From the NCBI GenBank assembly GCA_051880855.1, contig JBJEOT010000058.1, positions 1,893 through 65,892 of the forward strand: a DNA stretch of 64,000 nt, read 5' to 3'. This DNA comes from Ruminococcus sp. (GTDB lineage Bacteria > Bacillota > Clostridia > Oscillospirales > Acutalibacteraceae). Shown here piece after piece: positions 8,549-18,822 of this stretch (the stretch's first letter is position 1; each line of letters starts with the position of its first letter). The position numbers and the translations under genes are program-made. The notes below the pieces were generated by a model, which was given only the letters and a program-made list of their open reading frames with translations, was not told the DNA's origin and searched no databases.

Positions 8549-10297
8549 GTGGCACTTGACGGCATTTTTTTAAGACTGATAGGCAAAGAGATTGAGAGAA
8601 TTGCCAAAGGCGCAAAGGTCAATCAGGTACAACAGCCTGCCCGAGATGAGCTGGTGCTTCTTTTGCACACCGGCGAGGGCAACAAACGGCTGCTTATCTC
8701 TGCAAGGGCGGATACTCCCAGAGTAAGCTTCACCGATTATTCAGCGGAGAATCCCCAGTCTGCACCTATGTTTTGTATGCTTATGAGAAAGTATCTCTGC
8801 GGTGCAAGACTTGTATCTGTGCGTCAGTTTGATTTAGAGCGAATTCTGTTTTTGGATTTTGACGCTCTGGATATCTTGGGCGACAGAGCCCGTCTTACCC
8901 TTGCGGTTGAGATAATGGGCAAGCACAGCAACTGCATTTTGCTCGATGCAGACGGAGTTATTATTGACGCTCTGAAGCGAGTAGATATGACTCTTTCTTC
9001 AAAGCGCTTGGTACTTCCTGCACTTAAGTACGAGCTTCCGCCGGCACAGGGAAAGCTTGCCCTTATAAACTGTGATGAGAGTGAGCTCAAAGAGGCTATT
9101 CTCAGAAACGAAAACCTCGCCTTGGATAAAGGCATATTAAATACCCTTATGGGAGTTTCTCCTGTTGTGTGCCGTGAGCTTGCTTACAGGGTAAGCGGCA
9201 GCACCGACACAAGAATAAGCGAGCTTACCGCAGCCGAAAAAGAAAAGCTAAAGTGTGAGCTCGGATACCTCAAAGCCCTTGCAGAGGGAGAAAATGCAAC
9301 CCCTGTGATGCTTAGGAATTCCGAGTCAAAGCCCTTTGATTTTACCTTTTTCGATGTTAATCAGTACGGCTCTGCCGCAAAGAAAGAAAGCTTCCAAAGC
9401 TTCTCTAAGCTTCTTGATGAGTACTATCATCAGCGCGAGAGTATTGAGCGTATGCGCTCACGCTCAAGAGACCTGAGTAAGCTTATTCAAAACAGCATCG
9501 CCCGACTATCAAGAAAAATAAACGCTCAGACAGCAGAGCTTGAAAGCTCTCAAAACCGCGAGGAGCTGAGAATAAGAGGAGATTTGCTCCAGGCAAACCT
9601 CTACCGCATTGAGCGCGGCTCAGCATTTGTGGATGTTGAAAACTTCTACGATGAAAACTACTCTGTTTTAAGAATAAAACTTGACCCTGCTAAAACTCCT
9701 GCACAAAACGCCCAGCGTTACTACAAAGATTACGCTAAAGCAAAGAATGCAGACAAGATTCTCCGTGTGCAAATTGAAAAGGGTAAAGAGGAGCTTGGGT
9801 ATTTGGAGACGGTGGCGGATGAGATTGACCGCGCAGAAAGTGAAAGAGAGCTTTCCGGTATCCGTGCGGAACTTGTTTTACAGGGCTATATCAAGGCGCA
9901 GAAGGGGAAGCAGAAGCCTTTGGCAGAGCTGCCTCCCAGAGAGTTTAAGACCTCAGAGGGCTTTACAGTTTTGGTTGGAAGAAACAACAGGCAAAACGAT
10001 AACCTTACTCTGAAGCTTTCTCACAAGAGGGATATTTGGCTTCATACTAAGGATATTCCGGGTTCACATACCGTAATCAAAAGCGACGGAATAGAGGTAA
10101 GCGAAACCGCTGTTGTTGAGGCCGCTGAAATTTGCGCATGGTACTCAAAGGCGAGAGAGAGCTCTCAGGTGCCTGTTGACTTCACAGAGATACGCTTTGT
10201 GTCAAAGCCACAGGGCTCGCCGCCGGGAAGAGTTATCTACACCCATCAGCACACAGTTTATGTAAAACCAAAAGAGCCGACCTCGGTCGAGAGGTAA
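8549..10297 (+). CDS. rqcH: NFACT-family ribosome quality-control factor RqcH (FbpA)
   Basis: MALDG, FCMLMRKYL, EIMGKHSN, NAQRYYK.Y.K.K, GRNNRQND, WLHTKDIPGSH. Confidence 0.92.
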   Translation: MALDGIFLRLIGKEIERIAKGAKVNQVQQPARDELVLLLHTGEGNKRLLISARADTPRVSFTDYSAENPQSAPMFCMLMRKYLCGARLVSVRQFDLERILFLDFDALDILGDRARLTLAVEIMGKHSNCILLDADGVIIDALKRVDMTLSSKRLVLPALKYELPPAQGKLALINCDESELKEAILRNENLALDKGILNTLMGVSPVVCRELAYRVSGSTDTRISELTAAEKEKLKCELGYLKALAEGENATPVMLRNSESKPFDFTFFDVNQYGSAAKKESFQSFSKLLDEYYHQRESIERMRSRSRDLSKLIQNSIARLSRKINAQTAELESSQNREELRIRGDLLQANLYRIERGSAFVDVENFYDENYSVLRIKLDPAKTPAQNAQRYYKDYAKAKNADKILRVQIEKGKEELGYLETVADEIDRAESERELSGIRAELVLQGYIKAQKGKQKPLAELPPREFKTSEGFTVLVGRNNRQNDNLTLKLSHKRDIWLHTKDIPGSHTVIKSDGIEVSETAVVEAAEICAWYSKARESSQVPVDFTEIRFVSKPQGSPPGRVIYTHQHTVYVKPKEPTSVER

Positions 10298-10319
10298 TTT
10301 TTACACAGTAGGTGATATA

Positions 10320-11021
10320 ATGAGCTTAGTTGAATTCAGAGATGTAAAGAAATATTATGAGATGGGCGAGGTTACCATCAAGGCAGTTGACGGTATCTCC
10401 TTTGACATTGAAGAGGGCAGCTTTACCGTCGTTGTAGGCTCATCGGGAGCAGGCAAGACCACAGTGCTCAATATTCTGGGAGGGATGGACTCCTGTACCG
10501 AGGGAAGAGTTACGGTAGACGGCAGGGACATAAGCCACTTAAGCGAAAAGGAGCTTGTTATGTACCGCCGCTACGACATAGGTTTTGTTTTTCAGTTTTA
10601 TAATCTTATTCAAAACCTGACGGCAAAGGAAAATGTCGAGCTTGCTACCCAGATATGCAAGAATCCCATAGGCGCTGACGAAGCTCTTGAGAGCGTGGGG
10701 CTCAAAGACAGAGTTAATAACTTTCCTTCTCAGCTTTCGGGCGGTGAACAGCAGAGAGTTTCCATTGCAAGAGCTTTGGCAAAGAGACCCAGGCTTCTTC
10801 TCTGCGATGAGCCTACAGGAGCCCTTGACGATAACACGGGAAAAACCATACTGAAGCTTCTTCAGAGAAAATGCCGTGAGGACGGAATAACCGTTGTACT
10901 GATTACTCACAATCAGGCGATAACTCCTATGGCTGACAGGGTTATCCGTATGGGAAGCGGAAAAATAGTCAGCAATGTAGTAAACGAGCATCCAAAAAGC
11001 GTGGATGAAATCGAGTGGTAA
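10320..11021 (+). CDS. ABC transporter ATP-binding protein (LolD/MacB-like)
   Basis: [31 protein letters not shown]. Confidence 0.93.
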   Translation: MSLVEFRDVKKYYEMGEVTIKAVDGISFDIEEGSFTVVVGSSGAGKTTVLNILGGMDSCTEGRVTVDGRDISHLSEKELVMYRRYDIGFVFQFYNLIQNLTAKENVELATQICKNPIGADEALESVGLKDRVNNFPSQLSGGEQQRVSIARALAKRPRLLLCDEPTGALDDNTGKTILKLLQRKCREDGITVVLITHNQAITPMADRVIRMGSGKIVSNVVNEHPKSVDEIEW

Positions 11022-11048
11022 AATTTAGGGTTTAGAGATAGGAGGGGA

Positions 11049-14000
11049 ATGGGTATGTCCCCAATGCTTATTAAAAATATAGTGAGAGATATCAGCCGTA
11101 CAAAGGCGAGATTTATTTCCATCATGCTCATAATTATGTTGGGAGTAGGCTTCCTTGTGGGTATCCACTCTACCGCTCCGTCTATGTACAGCACTGCAAA
11201 GCAATACTACGACAGCACCAATCTGATGGATTTTCGCCTTATTTCCTCTGTGGGTTTTTCAGAGGAAGATGTTAAAGAGATATGCGAAATAGAGGGCGTT
11301 ACATCTGTTATGCCTTCGTATTTTTGCGATGTTCTGGAAGGTGCGGAAAACTCAAATGTAGTAAGGCTGATTGCCATACCTGAGAAGTACGAGGGCGAAG
11401 AGATAAATACGCCCCGACTCAAAGAGGGCAGAATGCCCGAAAAAGACAACGAAATCCTTATGGGCTACAGAAGCTACGGCGAGGATTTGTTAGGAAAAAA
11501 GGTGGGCTTTGTCTCAGCCTATGAGGATGAGGAGCTTTCCGATTCTCTGGTTAACACAGAGTACACGGTAGTGGGTATTGTGGACTCACCGCTTTACATA
11601 TCCTTTGAGCGAGGCTACACAAATGTAGGCAACGGAAGCATCAGAACCTATATGCTTGTGCCTATGGAGAATTTCAAGTCTGAAAGGTTCACCGAGATTT
11701 ATCTTACCTTTGATGCACTAAAGGGCTACACACCGTATTCAGACGAATACGACGACGCGCTCTCTTTGATAAAAGAAAAGGTCGAGGCTGTGGGTACAGA
11801 GCGTACAGAGGTCTTTAAGGCTGAGAATATTACACCGGCTCAGAGCAGTATTGACGAAGCGTATATTACCCTTAACAGCGAAAGAGATAAGGCAGATATA
11901 GAGATAACTCAGGCTCAGCAGAAGATTGACGCCTCAAGACAGGAGCTCACAGAAAAAATCGCCGAGGCAGAGGCTCTGCTCTCCGATGCAAAGGCCGAGA
12001 TAGATAAAGGCCGCAAAGAACTTGATAAGCAGACCGCTTTGTTTGAAAAAGAAACTGCGTCGGCACAGGCAAAGCTTGAGCAGGCTGAGCAGGAGCTCAA
12101 GCAGGGTAAGGCAGAGCTCAGCGCGGCAAAAACCGCCCTTAAGGAGAGCCTTTATGAGGAGCTCAGCGCCTACGGAATTACAAGAGAGCAGTTTGATGAG
12201 TTCTGCGGCGGAAGAGATACTCTGACGGTTGAGGAGATTGAGGAGTTTGCAAGTCTTGCAGAAGGCTACAAGGGGCTTGCACAGCTACAGCTCAGCTCAG
12301 CCAAAGCCTTAGCGGATAAAATAGAGAAGCAATGTGCCGCAGAGGGAACAGACCCAATGGATAACCCTGAGTATGTGAAGAAGCTTGAGGAGATAGATAA
12401 TTTGACTTCACTGATAACGGGTGTTGATAAATTCCTCGGTGATGGCAAGGAGCAGTTAATCCTCGCAGTAAATGAGATTACCGCCGCAGAGAAGAAAATA
12501 GCCGATGGTGAAGCAAAGCTTCAGAAGGGCAAGACTGAGCTTGAAGAGAAAAAGGCTCTTGCCCTTTCGGAGATTAGCAAAGCAGAAGAAAAGCTACGCT
12601 CTGCCAAAGCACAGTACGAGAGCGGAGTAAAAGAGCTTGAAGCAACAAAAGCGTCGGCAGAGCAAAAGCTCAAAGAGGCCCAGACAGAGCTTGACTCAAA
12701 GAAAGCAGAGGCAGAGAAAGAGTTTGCAAAGGCAGAAAAAGAGCTCGGCGATGCACAGGCAGAGCTTGACTCTGTGCCTGTTCCCAAGTGGTATGTAAAC
12801 AGCAGAGACGACAACCCCGGTTACAGCTCATACGAGGAAAATGTTGAGAGGGTAAATTCCGTCGGCAAGGTTTTTCCGGTGTTCTTTTTGCTTGTGGCTG
12901 TACTTGTGTGCGTTACCACAATGTCAAGACTTATTGAAGAACAGCGTTCTGATATCGGCGCTCTTACAACCTTGGGATACAGGCGTAAGGACATAATCTC
13001 AAAATATGTTATTTATTCCGTCAGCGCTACCGTTGTAGGCGCATTGGTGGGTATAGCCTTGGGAGTCTTTACAATTCCCACGGTTATCTTTAAGGCTTAC
13101 GGTATTATGTATTCATTACCCGACTTCACCCTAAAGCTTAACTTAGTCAGCGCAATTGCGGCAACGGTTGTTGCTATTGTCTGCACCTCCTGCGTGGCTG
13201 TATTTACCTGCTATTCGCTTCTTCGCTTCAAGCCGGCAACTCTGCTTCGTCCCAAAGCTCCCAAGCCCGGCAAGAGAATTCTGCTTGAGAGAGTGGGCTT
13301 TATTTGGAATAGAATGAGCTTTTTTGCAAAAGTAACCGCACGAAATATCTTTCGCTACAAGGCAAGATTTTTGATGACGGTTATCGGCGTTGCAGGTTGT
13401 ACCGCGCTGATTTTTGCGGGACTCGGACTTCAGAAGAGCATAAACGATATTGTTCATAAGCAATTCGAAGAAATATTCGTCTATGATGTTATGCTTGTGC
13501 CTGCAAACGGCGACGGAGATATCGAGTCCTTGAGAAGTGCTCTGATTGATGACAGCCGTATAGACAGCATCGCTTTGAGCCGTCAGGCGCTCATCACCGT
13601 GGAGAGTGAAAAAGAGAAGGTTACCGACAGCACCTACATAGCTGTTGCAGAGGATATCGCCTCGTACTCGGAGATTGTAAGCCTCAGAGACAGAAAGTCA
13701 CAGACTCCTGTTGAGCTTGAAGAAGGATGCTGTGTAATATCCGAGAAGCTTGCAAATACTCTTGATACTGCCGTAGGAGAAACCGTAACCGTCACAGACG
13801 GCGATTATTCTGCCGAGCTTAAAGTTTCAGGCATCTGCGAAAACTATGTAAACGGCTATGTATTTGTGGATACAAAAACCTATGAAAACAGCTTCGGTGT
13901 ATCACCTGAGTACGGTATGTTTATGTGCAGAACCGCAGAGGACTATACACTCTCTGAGGATGAAATCGCCAATGATTATATGAGCAGAGATGATGTGCTG

Positions 14001-14456
14001 GGTATTACCTTCAGCACAACCACGGTTGATACCTTCAGCGATATGATTCAGTCTCTTAACTATGTTGTTATTGTTATGATTGTAAGCGCCGCTGCCCTTG
14101 CTTTTGTGGTACTGTATAACCTTACAAACATTAACATTGCCGAAAGAAAAAGAGAGATATCCACCCTAAAGGTGTTAGGCTTCAAAAACACAGAGACCTC
14201 TGCGTATATTTACAGAGAGAATATTCTTTTGGCCGCGGTTGGAATTATGGCGGGACTTCTGCTTGGAATCTGGCTTTTGAATTTCATTATCAACACCGTT
14301 GAGGTCAGTATGGTAATGTTTGGCCGCGGGCTTCATTTTGAAAGCTTCCTCTTTGCTTCTCTGCTTACTTTGTTCTTTGCTGCCGTTGTCAATATGGTAA
14401 TGCACATTAGAATCAAGAAGATTGATATGGTCGAAAGTCTGAAATCGGTTGAGTAA
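11049..14456 (+). CDS. FtsX-like ABC permease with long central coiled coil
   Basis: N-terminal TM, heptad-rich A/E/K region, FPVFFLLVAVLV..TTMSR and VVLYNLTNINIAERKREISTLKVLG FtsX motifs, C-terminal IDMVESLKSVE. Confidence 0.9.
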   Translation: MGMSPMLIKNIVRDISRTKARFISIMLIIMLGVGFLVGIHSTAPSMYSTAKQYYDSTNLMDFRLISSVGFSEEDVKEICEIEGVTSVMPSYFCDVLEGAENSNVVRLIAIPEKYEGEEINTPRLKEGRMPEKDNEILMGYRSYGEDLLGKKVGFVSAYEDEELSDSLVNTEYTVVGIVDSPLYISFERGYTNVGNGSIRTYMLVPMENFKSERFTEIYLTFDALKGYTPYSDEYDDALSLIKEKVEAVGTERTEVFKAENITPAQSSIDEAYITLNSERDKADIEITQAQQKIDASRQELTEKIAEAEALLSDAKAEIDKGRKELDKQTALFEKETASAQAKLEQAEQELKQGKAELSAAKTALKESLYEELSAYGITREQFDEFCGGRDTLTVEEIEEFASLAEGYKGLAQLQLSSAKALADKIEKQCAAEGTDPMDNPEYVKKLEEIDNLTSLITGVDKFLGDGKEQLILAVNEITAAEKKIADGEAKLQKGKTELEEKKALALSEISKAEEKLRSAKAQYESGVKELEATKASAEQKLKEAQTELDSKKAEAEKEFAKAEKELGDAQAELDSVPVPKWYVNSRDDNPGYSSYEENVERVNSVGKVFPVFFLLVAVLVCVTTMSRLIEEQRSDIGALTTLGYRRKDIISKYVIYSVSATVVGALVGIALGVFTIPTVIFKAYGIMYSLPDFTLKLNLVSAIAATVVAIVCTSCVAVFTCYSLLRFKPATLLRPKAPKPGKRILLERVGFIWNRMSFFAKVTARNIFRYKARFLMTVIGVAGCTALIFAGLGLQKSINDIVHKQFEEIFVYDVMLVPANGDGDIESLRSALIDDSRIDSIALSRQALITVESEKEKVTDSTYIAVAEDIASYSEIVSLRDRKSQTPVELEEGCCVISEKLANTLDTAVGETVTVTDGDYSAELKVSGICENYVNGYVFVDTKTYENSFGVSPEYGMFMCRTAEDYTLSEDEIANDYMSRDDVLGITFSTTTVDTFSDMIQSLNYVVIVMIVSAAALAFVVLYNLTNINIAERKREISTLKVLGFKNTETSAYIYRENILLAAVGIMAGLLLGIWLLNFIINTVEVSMVMFGRGLHFESFLFASLLTLFFAAVVNMVMHIRIKKIDMVESLKSVE

Positions 14457-14485
14457 AAGTGAAAGCTTTATATTAAGTAATTTAT

Positions 14486-14524
14486 TTTCGCTTCGTTTGC
14501 GCTTTTTGAGTGAACGAAGCGAAA
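14486..14524. repeat. 12-bp inverted repeat between ABC permease and gatC
   Basis: TTTCGCTTCGTT ... AACGAAGCGAAA with 15-nt loop; no clear U tract. Confidence 0.6.
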
Positions 14525-14554
14525 CTGTACATAATACTATTCGGAGGAGTTTTG

Positions 14555-14833
14555 ATGATAACAAAGAAGGAGATTGAGAAGATTGCCGCGCTCTCAAAGC
14601 TGTTTATTCACGAAAGTGAACTTGATAAGCTGAGAGACGATATGCAGTCGATAATCAATTTTGCAGATACTGTTAACGAGGCCGATATTGACGGCGGTGA
14701 GTTTGATAATATCAACGGACTCTCCAATGCCTTCCGTGACGATACTGTGTTACCCTCAACCGATGTTGAGGAGATACTCAAAAATGCTCCCGAGAAGGCG
14801 CAGGACTACTTTCTTGTGAGAAAGCGAGCTTAA
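14555..14833 (+). CDS. gatC: Asp/Glu-tRNA(Asn/Gln) amidotransferase subunit C
   Basis: MITKKEIEKIAALSKL...NAFRDD...LKNAPE...YFLV; GGAGG RBS; first gene of gatCAB. Confidence 0.9.
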   Translation: MITKKEIEKIAALSKLFIHESELDKLRDDMQSIINFADTVNEADIDGGEFDNINGLSNAFRDDTVLPSTDVEEILKNAPEKAQDYFLVRKRA

Positions 14834-14836
14834 GAT

Positions 14837-16291
14837 ATGGGACAGATAAAAAAGCTTCACGGCATGCTTACCGGGAAGAAGATCTCCTGTAAGGAGCTTA
14901 CAGAAGAATATTTACGCGCCATTGAAAGAGACAACGCAAGCTTGGGTGCTTATGTAAGCGTTACTGCCGACAGGGCAATGGCGTCTGCCGAGGAAGCAGA
15001 CAGAAAAATTGCAAAGGGCGAGGATATTCATCTGCTCACAGGTATTCCCATGACACTTAAGGACAATATATCCACAAAGGATTTGGAAACTACCTGCTGT
15101 TCGAAAATTCTGCGAGGCTACAAGCCTATATACGATGCGACGGTTTGGAAAAACCTCAAAGACAGGGGAGCTGTTATCCTCGGCAAAACCAATATGGACG
15201 AGTTTGCCATGGGCTCATCCTGTGAAAACTCCTGCTATTTTCCTGCAAGAAACCCACACAATACAGCCTGCGTTGCAGGCGGTTCTTCAGGCGGAGGAGC
15301 TTCTGCGGTAGCAGGCAATCTTGCAGTTTACGCCTTAGGCTCAGACACAGGCGGTTCTATCCGTCAGCCTGCGTCTTTCTGCGGAATTGTGGGGCTTAAG
15401 CCTACCTACGGCGCTGTTTCCCGCTACGGACTTATAGCCTACGCATCAAGCCTTGACCAGATAGGACCTTTAGCGTCAAATGTTGAGGATACAGCTGTTG
15501 TCTTTGATGCAATTTCAGGCTTTGATCCCTTAGACAGTACCACTAAACCCGAGTATAAGGGGAATACTGTTTCTGCCCTTGATAACAGTATAAAGGGAAA
15601 AACAATCGGCGTTGCAAGAGAGTTCCTTGAGGGGCTTCGTCCCGGGGTGCTCAAAGCCTTGCAAAAGACAATCAGTACCTTTGAGAGCTTAGGCGCAAGG
15701 GTTGTTTATTTTGATATGCCCGTTCTCAAATATGCGCTTCCTGTTTATTATATATTGGCATGCGCCGAGGCTTCTTCAAACCTCGGCAGATACGACGGAA
15801 TTCGTTACGGCTACAAAACCGAGTTTTATGACAGCGTCCACGATATGGTCTGCAAAACCCGCTCCGAGGGCTTTGGTGAAGAGGTTAAGAGAAGAATACT
15901 TTTGGGCACCTATGTGCTTTCGGCGGGCTACTATGATGCCTACTACAAAAAGGCTCAGAATCTCAGAGGTGCTCTGGTCTCAGCCTTTGAAAAGGCATTT
16001 GAAAGCTGTGATGTTATACTTGCTCCCGTTGCACCCTCCGCAGCCTTTGAGCTGGGTGCGGCAATTACCGACCCGGTGGAGACCTACCAGGCAGACATCT
16101 GTACCGTGCCTGTTAATATTGCAGGACTTCCCGCTGTTTCGTTCCCTTGCGATTTAACCGATGAGGGTATGCCTGTGGGCGCTCAGCTTATCGGAAAAAA
16201 GTTCAGCGAAAGTATGATTTTGAATTTCGCATATAAATTTGAGCAGGCAAATAGGACTGTCCAGCCTGCCGATTGGGGGGTAAAACTGTGA
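14837..16291 (+). CDS. gatA: Amidotransferase subunit A
   Basis: GKTNMDEFAMGSS, GGSSGG, GSDTGGSIRQPASFCG, EVKRRILLGTY. Confidence 0.96.
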   Translation: MGQIKKLHGMLTGKKISCKELTEEYLRAIERDNASLGAYVSVTADRAMASAEEADRKIAKGEDIHLLTGIPMTLKDNISTKDLETTCCSKILRGYKPIYDATVWKNLKDRGAVILGKTNMDEFAMGSSCENSCYFPARNPHNTACVAGGSSGGGASAVAGNLAVYALGSDTGGSIRQPASFCGIVGLKPTYGAVSRYGLIAYASSLDQIGPLASNVEDTAVVFDAISGFDPLDSTTKPEYKGNTVSALDNSIKGKTIGVAREFLEGLRPGVLKALQKTISTFESLGARVVYFDMPVLKYALPVYYILACAEASSNLGRYDGIRYGYKTEFYDSVHDMVCKTRSEGFGEEVKRRILLGTYVLSAGYYDAYYKKAQNLRGALVSAFEKAFESCDVILAPVAPSAAFELGAAITDPVETYQADICTVPVNIAGLPAVSFPCDLTDEGMPVGAQLIGKKFSESMILNFAYKFEQANRTVQPADWGVKL

Positions 16292-17700
16292 AATACGAAA
16301 TGGTAGCAGGCTTTGAAACCCACATTGAGCTTAGCACAAAGACCAAGATTTTTTGCTCCTGCACCACCGAATTCGGCGGTGCTCCCAACACCCATTGCTG
16401 TCCTGTCTGTCTCGGATTACCCGGCGTTTTACCTAAGCTTAACCGCAAGGCTGCAGAGTACGCCGTTATGGCAGGACTTGCCGTAAACTGCGAGATTAGC
16501 AGAATTTCCAAAATGGACAGAAAAAACTACTGTTATCCCGATTTGCCCAAGGCATATCAGATTTCTCAGTACGATAAACCTCTGTGCAAGAACGGCTTTG
16601 TCGAGCTATCGGACGGCAAAAAAATCCGCATTGAGAGAATTCACATCGAAGAAGACGCAGGAAAGCTTATCCACAAAGACGGCGATATCTATGTTGACTA
16701 TAACCGAGGCGGTGTTCCTCTGATTGAGATCGTCTCGGCGCCTGATATCCGCACCGTTTCAGAGGCAAGGGAATATGTTGAGAAGCTTCAGCAGATTATG
16801 CGTTACATAGGTATCTCCGACTGCAGAATGCAGGAGGGCTCAATGCGCTGTGATGTCAACATATCTGTGCGCCCCGTGGGAGAAAAGGAGCTCGGTACTC
16901 GCACAGAGATAAAGAATATGAACTCCGTAACAAATATTGTCAGAGCAATGGAGTATGAGTTTGAGCGTCAGTGCAGGCTGATGGAAAACGGTGAGAAGGT
17001 TGTGCAGGAGACCCTGCGCTTTGACGACAGCACAGGCAAAACCCTGTCTATGCGCTCAAAAGAAGAGGCTGACGATTACCGCTATTTCCGTGAGCCTGAT
17101 TTGGTTACAATCTCTCTTACCGACGAAGAAATCGAAGAGATTAAGAGCGCTCTGCCGGAGCTTCCGAACATCAAGGCAAAGCGGTATATTGAGGAGCTTT
17201 CACTAACCGAAAGCGATGCGCTGAATCTTACAAAGTACCGCAAAATTTCAGAATATTTTGACGAGGCCTCTAAAGAAGTCAAAACACCCAAGACGGTGGC
17301 TAATTTTATGATTGGTCAGATTTTCTCCCGCTTGGAAACCGAAACTCAAAAGGAGACCTTTGATATTTCCGTAACCCCTCAGCAGCTTGCAGACCTTGTT
17401 AAGCTTATTGAGGACAAAAAGATAAACAAGAGCCTTGCCAAGACTACCCTGGAGAAAATGCTTGATACAGGCAAAGACTGTACCGACTTTATCAGCGAGG
17501 AGGATATGGGCGGTGTTGACGGGGATACCCTTGCAGAATTTTGCAGACAGGCTATTGAGTCAAACCCAAACGCTGTTGCCGATTATAAGGCAGGCAAGGA
17601 GAAGGCGTTTATGGTGCTTCTCGGCAATGTTATGAAGTTGAGCCGAGGCAAGGCGGACGCAAGGCTTACAAGCGAAAAGCTCAAGGAGCTTATAGGATAA
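16288..17700 (+). CDS. gatB: Amidotransferase subunit B
   Basis: GFETHIEL, YPDLPKAYQISQ, HIEEDAGK, DYNRGGVPLIEIV, DYRYF; GTG start overlapping gatA stop. Confidence 0.96.
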   Translation: MKYEMVAGFETHIELSTKTKIFCSCTTEFGGAPNTHCCPVCLGLPGVLPKLNRKAAEYAVMAGLAVNCEISRISKMDRKNYCYPDLPKAYQISQYDKPLCKNGFVELSDGKKIRIERIHIEEDAGKLIHKDGDIYVDYNRGGVPLIEIVSAPDIRTVSEAREYVEKLQQIMRYIGISDCRMQEGSMRCDVNISVRPVGEKELGTRTEIKNMNSVTNIVRAMEYEFERQCRLMENGEKVVQETLRFDDSTGKTLSMRSKEEADDYRYFREPDLVTISLTDEEIEEIKSALPELPNIKAKRYIEELSLTESDALNLTKYRKISEYFDEASKEVKTPKTVANFMIGQIFSRLETETQKETFDISVTPQQLADLVKLIEDKKINKSLAKTTLEKMLDTGKDCTDFISEEDMGGVDGDTLAEFCRQAIESNPNAVADYKAGKEKAFMVLLGNVMKLSRGKADARLTSEKLKELIG

Positions 17701-17777
17701 GCAGAAAGCGTCAGGCTCCTTGGCATAAGCCCTTTAGTGAGTGCGAATACCCATACAGGAAAGCAGAAGGTGAAATT

Positions 17778-18599
17778 GTGGCAACCTTATATATAACCGA
17801 TTTAGATGCAACCTTGCTGAATGCCAAGGCTCAGCTTAGCGATTTCACAAGGGATACAATAAACGCCCTTACCGCGAAGGGGATGCTTTTCTCTTTTGCG
17901 ACAGCCCGCTCTGACGAAACCGCCTTGGCAGTTACAAAGGGCCTCTGCCTCAGTGCGCCCATAGTTGTTTACACAGGAGCGTTTCTGGTGGATTCAAAAA
18001 ACAGACGGAAAATAGTTTCACACTATATGAGCGAAAAAGAAATTGAGGCTGTAAAGAACGCTGTTGAAAAGTTTTCGCAGATTCCCATTGTCTATGCCGT
18101 GGTTGACGGAAAAGAGCGGTTTATTTACGATAAATCGGTTGTAAGCCAAAGCGTAGGTAAGTTTGTAAAGACAAGGGAAAAGAGCAACAGCGGAAGAAGC
18201 CTTAGTGTAAACGGCGGATTTGAGGGAATGCTCAAGGGGGATATTTTCTACTTTACTTTTATGGAGCCAAAGGAAATAATAGAGCCGGTGTATGAGTACC
18301 TAAAGGGTAAATGCAACTGCCTTTTTCAGCCTGATAATTACACCGATAATTGGTTTTTGGAGGTAATGTCCGAAAAGGCAACAAAGGCGAATGCCGCAGA
18401 AGAACTGAAAAAGCTCTTGGGTGCAGACAGGATAGTTGCTTTCGGCGACGGGCTTAACGATATAAAGCTCTTTGAGCTTGCAGACGAGTGCTATGCGGTA
18501 GCAAATGCAGAAGAGGAACTCAAAGCCGCTGCAACAGGTGTCATAGATTCCTGCGATGACGACGCCGTTGCAAGGTGGCTTTTGGAAAACATCAAATAA
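17778..18599 (+). CDS. Cof-type HAD-IIB hydrolase
   Basis: DLDATL, ATAR, KANA, AFGDGLND, AVANA motifs. Confidence 0.9.
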   Translation: MATLYITDLDATLLNAKAQLSDFTRDTINALTAKGMLFSFATARSDETALAVTKGLCLSAPIVVYTGAFLVDSKNRRKIVSHYMSEKEIEAVKNAVEKFSQIPIVYAVVDGKERFIYDKSVVSQSVGKFVKTREKSNSGRSLSVNGGFEGMLKGDIFYFTFMEPKEIIEPVYEYLKGKCNCLFQPDNYTDNWFLEVMSEKATKANAAEELKKLLGADRIVAFGDGLNDIKLFELADECYAVANAEEELKAAATGVIDSCDDDAVARWLLENIK

Positions 18600-18609
18600 G
18601 CAATCAAAA

Positions 18610-18642
18610 AGACCGTGCGTTTTCGCAGCGGTCTGTTTTTTT
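18610..18642 (+). terminator. Intrinsic terminator after HAD gene
   Basis: AGACCG-TGCG-tttt-CGCA-g-CGGTCT followed by T run. Confidence 0.65.
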
Positions 18643-18822
18643 GCTTCTCTTATGGATAGATGTCAAACTGAAGGTCAGTGCCCTGTCCACCGTAAAATTT
18701 GTGCAAAATCGGGTTTGATGCGGATTATCCTGTTGAAAAAATCCATCTGTTATGATATTATAAAATCAGTATTAAAGGAAAAAATAATATGGGTTTATTT
18801 TGCACGCTGCGGAGGTAATTAT

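Noticed and set aside
11800-12790. Coiled-coil region as phage tape-measure or SMC gene
   Set aside because: It is internal to an FtsX-type permease ORF, a common architecture in gut Firmicutes
14457-14554. T-box leader for gatCAB (also looked before the murI-argS operon)
   Set aside because: The gatC spacer is too short and no GGTGGxACCGCG T-box motif is present at either site
18556-18822. Extended N-termini in the ORF track for pyk (also walJ, gatC, gatB, rpsG, tuf, amidohydrolase)
   Set aside because: They span terminators or promoters; downstream starts have RBSs and match family N-termini
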